A stretch of 64,000 bases of DNA, taken from NCBI GenBank assembly GCA_001179505.1, contig CDMY01000287.1, positions 69,598 through 133,597 of the forward strand, in the 5' to 3' direction. Positions 51,246-62,288 of this stretch are shown here, one piece after another. The stretch comes from Vitrella brassicaformis CCMP3155. Taxonomy: Eukaryota > Protista > Chromerida. The notes under the pieces were generated by a model. The model saw only the letters and a program-made list of their open reading frames with translations, searched no databases and was not told where the DNA came from. Positions within the stretch are counted from its first letter, which is position 1. The number at the start of each line of letters is the position of its first letter. Position numbers and translations under genes: made by a program.

Positions 51246-51794
51246 ACCAACCACCGTGCAGGAGTGGCCAGACACGCAGCAGACAGACAGACATGTGCAC
51301 TGAATGAATCGAATGGACCAGTGGCCTGCCTGGCTGCCCTCACTCACCCCTGTGTGCTGGCACTGTGTGCTGGCTTACTACGAGACACACGTCTGATCGT
51401 CTTGAGCAGAACCTCCTCTGGGGGAACCAACACCACACAGCTGCATGCGGAAGAGTGTCTCTCTGCCCCCGTGTGATGAGTTACGCGCCCTCTTGGCTGC
51501 GGCTCGTCACCTCTGGCCTATTGGTGCTGTGTGGGAAGCTCCTCACCTGCCTTGTGGTGGTTCTGGTGACGTCAATGGCCTTGAGAGATGTGAATCGGCA
51601 GAGATGGAAGGCGAAAGGGCAGAAGTGGACGCTGAGGATCGTTGATGCACCACCTGGCACCGGGTGGTGCAAAAAAAAGAAAGAAACCGGGAGAAAAACA
51701 ACACCAAATGAGCTCGTATAACCCTGCGGCCGACCTGGATGGCCCTCGGCCACCGCCCAGGCGGTGAAGCGTCAGCATCAACAGTAAATTCGTC

Positions 51795-53005
51795 TCAGGA
51801 TAAAATGTAGCCAGCGATGTCTGAGGAGACACGAGTTTGTAAGCTTTGAGCTTCGTCCCACGGGCTTGCTCCTACCGTTTCTCCCTCCCTCGCATAAAGG
51901 TTTGCAGCCTGCAGGCGCGCCTCCGCCGTGCCGGGGGCCACCTTCTTGTCCTCGCCACCGTCATCCTCGAACGATGCCTGCCGCTGCATGAACACACACC
52001 ACGACACACATGGGAGGGCTTCACGCGTGTGGATGAGATTAGAGGGAGAGATGCCACACACTCGACTTGTGGGTACCCTCTTCCCGTCGTGCCCCGCTAG
52101 GCTATCGGCAGCACACCTTCTTCGGGACCATGCCAGCTGCATGCAGCGACAACAACCGCACGTCCACGTAAACGCGTCCATCCATCTACAATGCAGCTTC
52201 TTACCGTGTGGCAGTGTGTGTGGGGTGCTGATGGGGGGCGGTCCCAGCGCGCGGACCTGATGGAACGAATGGACAGCACACACACTCTCTGTTGTGTGTG
52301 GTGTGTGGTGGGTTTGTTGGCTTGGCTGTCTATGGACGAGTCCATTTACCTTGGCGACATACGTGGCCTGGATCTGGCGCATGTTCTTGGTGTACTTCGC
52401 CTGGCTCTCGGCCATCATGAACGCTATCATTGACTGCTTGATCTGACGACAGAGAAGAGGTGACGCAGACAGCTTCAGCGTGTACTCATGCACCATCCAT
52501 TTGCGCGCATTCACGCATCTTACCGCCAGCATCTGCGCGAATGGCGGGGCGAGTGGCGCGGGTGCCGGCCACGCACTCAACACCGGCACGGGCGCAATCT
52601 ACCGAACACCACACGCACAGGGAAGGAGGGAGGGAGGTTTGCGCAAGACAACACAGGGACACCGCACGCACTCGTGCGTACCTTGTTGGTGGGTGTCGTG
52701 ATCTTGGTCTGCTGCTCCTCGTCAACGGCATCAGGAGGCGATGGCGTCTCCTCTGTTTGCGCCTCACTACTCTGCAGACACACAGAAAGGAATACAGAAA
52801 CACAGAAACCGATGAAAGTGACAGACACAGAGGTTCTCCCGTGGCCTGCCTTCCCTTCCTGCTCACCTCAACAGCGACGACATTCGTTTGGGTCGAGGCG
52901 TGACCCTTGCCCATGCCCTCGTCCCTCCCCATCGCCTCACTCGCAGCCTTGAGGCACTCGTCCCTCAGCTTGTGCTGCTTGGCGTCGACTGGTAGCAATC
53001 CCTGC
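51795..53005 (-). other. Mosaic of short coding-like exons, product unknown
   Basis: GT-AG-bounded exons GLLPVDAKQHKLRDECLKAASE, IAPVPVLSAWPAPAP, IKQSMIAFMMAESQAKYTKNMRQIQATYVAK, RQASFEDDGGEDKKVAPGTAEARL (paralogue at about 60290-60350). Confidence 0.3.
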
Positions 53006-53531
53006 ACGCACACACGCAGACACGCAGACACACACATGAAGGACGATCACGAGAGAGCTTCAGTGGGTGTGCGGGCCTTCAGTGGATGACGCACCTGAGT
53101 CGTGAGGAGAGAGGTATATATATCCCACTTGGCTGATGAACAAGGACGGTTCTGACCGCTGGTTGCCTACGTTTAAAGACCTGGAACGCTGCACAACCAG
53201 CACACATTTTCAGTGCAGACACGGGATGGGTCGGTGTGTACGGTTGATACCTGTTTGTGTGTAAGACTCTGCTCACGTTCACCTTAGATCAGGGTCCCCG
53301 GCTGCCTGCATACAAAACAGTGTCTCACCATATTCATGTCTGCTCCATCGTTGTGCATACCAGGATGAAATCACCTCGGAGATTTAATATAAGGCGCAAG
53401 ACCAGGGAGACATAAGATGCCTCGGGATATGAAATGTAGGAAGCGATATCTGAGACACCGAACACATCTTTTACCGATTCCGCGCTCCCAACTTTCCTAC
53501 ATCATCATACCTGCCCCTCCCTCCTCTGCGT

Positions 53532-54145
53532 CTAGCCGCAGCACTTGGCTGCCGGGTGGCCTGCACACATGCACATATAAACAACAGAAGTCAATAGGAC
53601 AAAAACGCTCGACACTTATGTGTGTGGGGTACGCATCTTACGTGGGGCAACGCCCACGGGATCAACACGCGTCAGTGTGGTGATGCGCCGGGAAACCATC
53701 TGACCGATGACACACAAAGCACGAACCACAGAAGGTCAGTGTGGCATCGCCCGTTCGCCCACACGTGAGGAGCACTACTAGGTTTCTGTTTGCTCACCTT
53801 GGGCGGCAGGTAGTGTGACGTGATGCTTGTCCGCAGCAGCTTGACGGCCTTCACACGCTGACAACACACAGCAGGAAGCACAGACATGCTTTGCTGCACA
53901 CGTGTGTGTGTGTGTGTGTGAGTGAGTGTGTGTGGGCACACTGATGATGTCCTTACCTGGCTAACGACAGGGAAACGCCAGTCATACGGCACCTGCTGAA
54001 CACGACATACGCCATAGATGTTCGCATGACAAGAGAAAAACACCGCATGTACTTCTGCACCCATGTACCTTTGTGCCTGGCGCCAATGCCTCCCGTGCCG
54101 ATTGAGCAGGTACACCTGCTCCAGGCGGAGGTAATGCTGGGTCTG
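53532..54145 (-). CDS. Divergent subfamily-2 tail ending HPAAKCCG*
   Basis: QVPYDWRFPVVSQ|RVKAVKLLRTSITSHYLPPK|MVSRRITTLTRVDPVGVAP|RHPAAKCCG*; TAG at 53532-53534. Confidence 0.5.
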
Positions 54146-54299
54146 CAGACATGCAGTCAGTGCACACAAGAAGGAACACATGTGTGTGTTGATTGACAGG
54201 TGTTAGGGGCTCGCTCACTGACGTCTGCCCCAACCGAGGCCATAAAGCATGTATGTCTCAAAGCACACACCTCAAGGCGTCAAAGTACACCCCATCCTA

Positions 54300-56220
54300 T
54301 AGACTAAGCGCTCTTGTCCAGCGAGGAAGCACACACCTCTCGTCAACGAGAGCAAGAAGCGACGGAACTGCACGAACACATGAACGACAGGGGATGGATG
54401 GACACTGCAGTGGTGTGCTCTTCCTGCCTGCGTGCCTGCCTGTTTGAGTGCCTGCATACCTCCGTTTGCGGCGGGAGGGCCGCGTGTTGTGGTGGTGCCT
54501 GGTGTGGTGCCTGCGGAGACTACAACACGGGCTGACATGTGTGGCTGCTGTGGTGGTGGAGGAATTGGCGAGTGTGAGGGGGCGGTGGGCTTGGTAATGG
54601 TGGCGGGGGGGACGGAGACAGCGGCCGGAACCGTGGAGGGTCGATGGGCTCCCACAGCTCATTCGGGATGAACATCTCGCCATCGTCATCCTGCAGAGGC
54701 ATGGAGAAGGAAAGGTGGATCAAGTCTGCCATTGTAGACACGTCGGGTGTCTTTCTTGTGTACCCGAGCTTCTGAGAGAGAGGGCCAGAGTGGCTGGGTG
54801 GCGTCTTGTGTTGGTGATGTTATCGTGATGAAGGGCGGGTGGATCTTCTGATGATGAGACACACACACGCACAAGAGAGACGTTCCACGGTTGCAATATT
54901 GTTTTCCCCCTTCTGTTTGTTTGCCTGAGATGTACGTGAAGCCGTGCCCTGCACACATACACACACACACACACACACAATGGACGCGGAAAGAGGTGCA
55001 CGCCCTTTCCCGTGCCGCTACATACATGAGCAAGCCGTTCTGCCACTCGCTTCTCTCCAGCCTGGCCTGCAAGTCGACCTGCTGCGTCGCACACCCCTGA
55101 GTGAACACACAATTCACATGCCCGCACACACCATTCCCTCAGCCGTGTGCTTCTGTATGTCCGTCAGCCGTGTGTGCACAGAGCTCCGCACACCTTCCTC
55201 TTCCGCTCGGTCCAGATTGGCACAGATCGGCTGGCCTGGACGCACCTCATGCCAATGACGGCCGTGTCTTGTCAGCAGGTTATTCCTCTCCAGCTGCTGG
55301 TAGTACTGTGTCTGATGGCACAAAGTGTATGCGTCCGCACTATGAGCGAACAGCGGTTTATGTCTGCCTGCCTGCCTGGCTTTCTTCTTTCGCTGACCTC
55401 GGCGGATGACCAAGCGCGGCGCTGTGAGAGCATGAAACGTCGAAACTACACGCACAAACACAAGACGCAAGCAGGCAGTGCCGTTCCTGTCCGTGTGTCT
55501 GCACGCACGCCTGCATACCTGCAAGTGTGGGGGGAGGACCGTGTGGTCTTCTGGTGGGGCCAACCTGGTGAGCGGCGGATGCACGTTCTGATGACAACAC
55601 ACACACACACACACAACAGGCGTATGTTATTGCCATTGCCACCAGCAGTAGGAGGGGGAATCTGTGTTTGCCTTGAGTGTCAGCAGCTCTTCGCGATAGA
55701 CATTCAACTCCATCCTGCACAGAGACACACACACACGGATGGACAAGCGAACGAACGCATTTGTGCCCATCGAAGTGCCCCCCTCCGTACATGAGCAGGC
55801 CGTTCTGCCACTCGCTCCTCTCCACCCTGGCCTGCAGATCGGCCTGCTGCGTCACGCATCCCTGAGTGAGTACACAATACACATGCCCCCACACACCAAT
55901 CCCTCAGCCTTGTATTTTCACGGGTCTGCGTGGGTATCGACTCACGTCTCGTTCATCTATTTGCTCTCGCAGCCGCGAGAGGTCCCTCACTTGCTGGTGA
56001 TGTACTCGGTGATGCGTGAACTTCGCGCCTCCGCGCTCTCGTGGGCCTCCCTCTCCTTCTCCAGCAGCTCTTTCATCCTGAGGGAAAAGACGACAACACG
56101 AAACACACAACATGTAGGTGTGCCATGGTGTGTGTTCTCTACCCTCTTACTCTGCGACGGTGTGGCGGTTCTCCTCGGCCTCTGCCTCAAGCTTGAGGCA
56201 CCTCTCCTTCTCGTCCCTGC
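54300..56220 (-). pseudogene. Paralogue of gene A (gene B) with an internally duplicated QARLE exon
   Basis: LSRLREQIDERD, TQQADLQARVERSEWQNGLL (about 55790-55863), TQQVDLQARLERSEWQNGLL (about 55025-55098), KIHPPFITITSP, DDDGEMFIPNELWEPIDPP. Confidence 0.45.
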
Positions 56221-58744
56221 AGAAGTTGAAGAGAGGATAATGCAAACCGAATCTTCCGTCGATCAGTGGACGCCTCACTGGAGCTCACAGAGTCGGTCTT
56301 CCTTGTCCTCCCGAAGACGCCTTAAAACACACACATTCCGGTCACAGTGTAGTTGGCGACGTGATGGCGATTCTGCGTGCTTACTCGCATTCAATGAGCA
56401 GCTCGTCCCGCTCCCGTCGCAGGCTGTCCATCTCGTGTTGCTGCTGCTGCCGCTCGGCCGCCCTATTTAGCTCCTCGAGGGACCTGAGACGGAGTAGAGA
56501 GAGACAGAGACGCGTGATGGCGTGAAGGTGTGGCTGAGTGACAGATCTTGGTCATTCTGAGCATTGGCTTGCTTATTCGCTGACGGACAGACAAGAGAGC
56601 ATCGCATTTGGTCGTGTGTCTCATCCATCGCTGTGTTTGTCTAATTCATGCTCACGCGATGGCCATGTCTGCCTCCATGTCTTCCTTGTCCTCCTTGTCG
56701 TGCGGCTCCTCCGGCGGCTCTCGATCTTCCTGCTCACCGTCGACAGCGGCATTGGATAGCTGCTCCAGGTCCTCGCCAGTCGCGTCGGGCTGCATACAAC
56801 CAAACCAAATTATTTCGAAAGGATCCGTGGTTGTTCCTCTCCGGCGGATACCTTTTCGTCTTCCTCTTCGTTGAGTTCCTTGTCCTCTTCGTCGATTGCC
56901 GCCACCGTCTCTGAACATCAACAAGGAGCGATGCGTCTGTGTGACACGACATGCTGCAATACGTACCTCGGTCCGGCGCTTGCTGGGCGACGACGCCGAC
57001 ACGTCCTGCATACACACATGCACCACACACATGCGTCTCCTGTTCATGGCCCTGCCGTCCTTTGCTCCTTTATGGCGTCTTGGATGTGCGCGCTGCAATC
57101 AAAGGGGCGCAGACAGACAATGCCGTGTGGATGATGCATGTAAAAAAGTTGGCAGCCCATACTGACTTGCGGGGCCCTTCGCCCGTAGCGTTGGGCATCG
57201 GGCGTTGACGAGGTTTCGGCCCCTTCCACCTGTCTACAATTTGACAATAACGAATTGAGCTCAATGCCTACCTGTCTGTGCGCCTCCGTGCGCGAGAATC
57301 GGAAGAAGAGACCCCAGGATATAAAATGTAGACAACGATCGACCACATTGACAGCTCAAGCTGCTCAAGCTGCCACATTCATTCACACACACATCACCAC
57401 ACACATTCATCCGGCCACGTATGTGAATGCATTTGCATAGCCACCTACCGGCGTCGACTGTTTGTTGTCGTCTCGAATCGTGATGGATACGACATCTCCC
57501 CCTACACAAATACGTGGGAGAGACATATGAATAAATGTCTATATGTCTGTGTCTGTGTCTGTTTGTCTGCTCGCTCCCGTACTTTGGCAGTGTTCTTGGT
57601 CGCCAGAGCGGTTATGATATTGTCAATGCCGACGCGGTCGGCCACCGTCCCTACAACTGCAGCCTGCATGTTGGAATGAATGGTTGCAGGTTGCCATCGA
57701 ACGAGCCAATGAATGGTGTTTTGGTTGTGCTATGTCGATCTGTGCAAGCGTGTATACCAGGTTCTCCTTTGGTGTGATGTCTATGTCTCGAATCGGATGG
57801 AAATCGACATCTCCCCCTACACAAACACTCGAATGGTCCTTGATTGCCACTATTCTCTGGGGGCTTACACGTTGGGGGCGGGCGGGTATCTGCTTCTCGC
57901 CCTCCTCGATGTTGTCCTGGGTGTCATTGGCCGCCTTGGCTTCTTTACACCACACAAACCAACAGCAGAGAGAAAGCATACGTACATCTGATGCAGTCCG
58001 GCCGAATGCCTACCGGTCTCGTGCCGCTGCTGCTGCCCCATCCCCTGCTTCTGCTCCTGAGAGTCGGTCTCCCGCTGGTGGTCTTCCTCTTCCTCGGCCT
58101 CCCCCGCGTGCTGCAGCCCGCGTGTACAGGACACAGACAGACAAGAAGCACCGAGTGCAATATAAAGAGGGAGATACCACACACTCACAGATACCTGTGT
58201 GGTGGCTGGTTGCTGTTGTTCCAGTCCTTGTTGCTCGTCGTCCTGTTGTCCTCTCCTGCAGAAGGGCACATCAAGTCGATACACAACCGTACACGTGCCC
58301 CGCACCGTGCTTCCTACCAGGCCCTCCCCCCCTTGTCCCCTATTGCGGCCTGCATAACAGAGACGCATGGATGCATCCCTCCCTCCCCCACAGATGAACA
58401 CATGTTCTCGTGCTCAGCTCACCTCGGCCGACCTTCAGCCTTCTCCCAGCAATGTCGTCGAGGAGGGTGGTTTCCAGACGCGTCGACATGATCCACAGAC
58501 TGTGCACGAAGAGAACCACCCTGAAGCAGGAGGAGAACCATCCTGCTGCCTGACAGACAGGCAGATAGACATACAAGCAGACCGACTGAATGAGGGGAAG
58601 CGAATGCAAGGACCTTTCTCACTCCGTGGGGTGTGCTGCTGCTGCTGCTTCTGCTTCTACAACCCTGAAGAAAAGGCAGACAAATGTGATCCTCAGTTGT
58701 GTGGCGAAGATTCTGACTGAAATCACCGCGGAGACTATGCGCAA

Positions 58745-60000
58745 GACCAGGGAGATAAAAGACGCCTCGGGATATAAAATGTAGGAAGCGATATCTGAGA
58801 CACCGAACATCTCTTTTTACCGACTCCCAGCTCCCAACTTCCTACATCATCATACCTGCCCCTCCCTCCTCTGCGTCTAGCCGCAGCACTTGGCTGCCGG
58901 GTGGCCTGCACACATGCACATATAAACAACAGAGGTCAATAGGACAAAAACGCTCGACACTTATGTGTGGGGGGTACGCATCTTACGTGGGGCAACGCCC
59001 ACGGGATCAACACGCGTCAGTGTGGTGATGCGCCGGGAAACCATCTGACCGATGACACACAAAGCACGAACCATTGAAGGCGAGTGTGTCACCACCCATT
59101 CGCCCACACGTGAGGAGCATTACTAGGTTTCTGTTTGCTCACCCTGGGCAACAGGTAGTGAGAAGTGATTTTGGTCTGTAGCACCTTGACGCTCGTGACA
59201 CGCTGACAGACACAGATAGAAGCACAGACATGCTTTGCTGCATCCGTGTATGTGTGTGTGTGTGTGTGTGTGTGGACATCTTACGGCGATGGGTAGCGAG
59301 GTGGATCGGCACGGGCCCGACCGCCTGACAGACAAGACACCAGGCACCGAGAAACAAACATGGCTGAGATGCGGACACCATTGCTGGGCAGTTCCTGTGG
59401 TCAATAGTACAAATACTCCCCACACTTAGGTGTGTGAGTGTGTGTGTGCATCTTACGAGGGGCCACTTACGAGGGGCCACGCCGAGAGGTCCGGCAGGTG
59501 CGAGTGTGGTGATCCGACGCGCCACCATCTGACCGATGAAACACAAAGCACCGAGTGTGCCATCACCCCTTCAGCCTCCTATGTGCTCACCCTCGGCAGC
59601 AGATAGTGGGACGTGATGTTAGTCCGCAGCAGCTTGACGGCCTTCACACGCTGACAGACAGACACAGCAGGAAGCACAGACATGTTGCACACGTGTGTGT
59701 GTGTGTGTGTGTGTGTGAGTGCAGGCACACTGATGATGCCCTTACCTGGCTAGCGACAGGGAAACGCCAATCATACGGCACCTGCTGAACACAGAACCGA
59801 CATACGACGCAGATGTTCGCATGTACTCAGCACCCATGTACCTGGCAGTGGATGGGTCTCTTGTGCTCCGCCTCGTCGACGCCGGTGTTCATCGGGAACG
59901 ACACACCCCTACACGGACACACACGCCAAAACAGTGACCATCAGCCAGTCGGAGGCATGGATGTCTTCTGGGGCTCTCCAGCCAGTCGGGTGACAGACCT
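58745..60000 (-). pseudogene. Second subfamily-2 tail (ending AAKCCG*), interleaved with subfamily-1 exons
   Basis: 58745-59240 is a near-identical direct repeat of 53395-53895. TAG at 58877-58879. The subfamily-1 exon AVGPVPIHLATHR is inserted at about 59290-59330. Confidence 0.55.
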
Positions 60001-60349
60001 CACCTGGCTCATGAACGTCGACCTATGACCGAAGAAGACCGACCCCTGCAGCCAGCAACAAACAGAGAGAGCGACCAAGGCCATTTGGTGGCTTTGGTTT
60101 CGTCTTTCATCCATCGACCAATTAATACACCCACCTGGGATCGTAACGAGTGGTGGCTTCCGAGAACTGCAATGTGAAAGGCAGACGTACACCCCCCCAC
60201 ACACATACGCAGACAGAAACATGATCATACGAACCGCCCGCCAGTGTCTCTGTGAGTGAGTGAGTGTGCTTACACGGCGGGCCTCTGCTGTCCCCTCAGC
60301 GACCTTCTTGGCCTCGGCACTGTCGTCGAACGATGCCTGCTCCTGCAGA

Positions 60350-62110
60350 CAGTGCCGAGGAAGAGATGCCTACCTCTCAGTGTGTGGATGAGATGCCAAG
60401 AGAAAGAGAGAGAGATGCACACAGACTTGTGGCTGCATACCTGGATGGCAGCCTGCTGCTGCTCCTGGGTCTCGGTCTCTCGCACCGTCACGAACTGCTG
60501 GTACGAGAACGCCAGAACACACCACACATGTCCACGCATTCATGTGTGTGTGTGTGTGTGTATGCGCATACCCTCTTACGTGCGGCAACGCTGACCGGTC
60601 CGGCAGGTGCGCGAGTGCAGAAGTAGTGCAGACAGGCCAGACACCCAATGTCATATGTGTAACAGCCGTCCGTATCCGTCAGTGGGTCCACTCACCGCTG
60701 CCGAAGTGGCTGTCGTCGCCTTGGTAGCCCAGAAACCAGCTGGGGTGGCTGTGAAGTGGGTGGGCGTATTGCCGGCCGAAGTCCATCCACCAGAAGTCTG
60801 CATCAATCGATACACACAGCCCAACACACAAGGGTGTCTGTGTGTTCGTTTGTCGATAATGTATTGCCCCCGCACCCACCGTCGTCGTGGGGCTGCTGGT
60901 TGTCTTGGGGCGAGGGTACGAATGAAACATGAGCCACAGGATATAAAATGTAGACGGCGATTTTCTTCTGAGACCATATGAGCAAACATATACGACCGTC
61001 GACAGGGTGTTTGTGCACACACATTCGGGCCCTGTCTGGTCACTCAGCCACACGTACCTTGCTGCCTCTCCTCCTGCTGCTTCCGCTGGTCTTCCATCTG
61101 GCCGCCGTCTGCCGCCTCCCGCTGCTCGTCTGCAGACAGGCCAGACACCCAATGCCATATTTGTAAGTAACAGCCGTCCGTATCCGTCAGTGGGCCCACT
61201 CACCGCCGGCAGATGAGTTGTCGTCGCCGTAGTAGCCGAGCACAGCACATTCATCCGCAGCAAGTCTTGAGAGACGGGCCTGCTCATACACACAGAGAGA
61301 GATAAATAGAAGGGACCGATAGAAATGTACCCCACACACTGTGCGTGTGTGTGTGTGTGTGTGGACATCTTACGGCGATGTGTGGCGGGTTGGATGTGTG
61401 AGGGCAAAAAGGTCTGACAGACAAGACACCAGACACCGAGAAACAAACATGGCTGAGATGCGATGCGGACACCATTGCTGAGCAGTTCCTGTGGTCACTC
61501 CACCCACCGGCAGGCGGTAGCCGACTGTGCGTCTGGTGGTTCTCTGACAACACACAGCAGGGAGCAGATGCGTTGATGCGCCGCGCCCATCAGCCATTAA
61601 TGCATTCACAATGTCCTCACCACCACCACGGACGGCCGCAGCTCTGTCCACGATAGACCCCACAGGTACATGTACACCTTGGGCTGCACTGGCGCCGCCT
61701 GCTGCTGCTGTTGCTGGTTGATCTGATTGACACACGACACACACGGAGGGAGGGACAATTGGGGAGATGCGCGTGTGCAGTCGAGTGGATGATACCATGA
61801 TGGGGGCCGCCTGCTGCTGGTCGTCCTGCTGCTGCTGGTCGTCCTGCTCGTCAGCCGCCTCCTCTGCAGACAGACAGACAGAGACCCCATGAGCAAAGAA
61901 TGTCGACAGGGTGTTTGTTCACACACATTCGGGGCCTGTCTGGTCAATCAGTCCTGCGTACCTTCCTGCCGCTTCTCCTGCTGCTGCTGGTCCACGGCGC
62001 CGCGGCGCTCGGCCTCCTGCTCCTCGTCTGCTGCAGACAGGCCAGACACCCAATGTCATGTGTGTAAGTGACAGCCGTCCGTATCCGTCAGTGGGCCCAC
62101 TCACCGCCGG
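60350..62110 (-). pseudogene. Two partial micro-exon family units (one ending SLKTCCG*)
   Basis: W cassette at about 60694-60797; PVQPKVYMYLWGLSWTELRPSVVV; stop at 61251-61253. Confidence 0.55.
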
Positions 62111-62288
62111 CAGATGCGTATGTCTGTATGCATTTGTATGTATGGGTACACTTATGCAATGCATCACATAGTACTCAGTAAGTCTGGTGAGGGAGTTAGC
62201 CAATGAGGGAGTCGGCAGCCGGGCAGGCAGACAGACAGACAGGCAGCCAGACAGCCAGACAGACACCCACCCACACAGCGCAGCACAG

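Noticed and set aside
52345-52445. Exon IKQSMIAFMMAESQAK..MRQIQATYVAK resembling the V-ATPase subunit E N-terminus
   Set aside because: The match is about 30 aa in helical, compositionally biased sequence, and no further subunit E exons are visible. It needs HHpred support.
53955-53998. VPYDWRFP resembling the LCAT APYDWR motif
   Set aside because: Only five residues match and there is no lipase GxSxG context; the exon aligns better with the family tail (W..RPPVV).
54075-54145. LEQVYLLNRHGRH resembling the histidine acid phosphatase RHGxRxP motif (also about 48310-48370 and 55240-55310)
   Set aside because: It lacks RxP. Paralogues read RHWHEVRP, which aligns with the family tail motif AWTEVRP, and no other phosphatase motifs are present.
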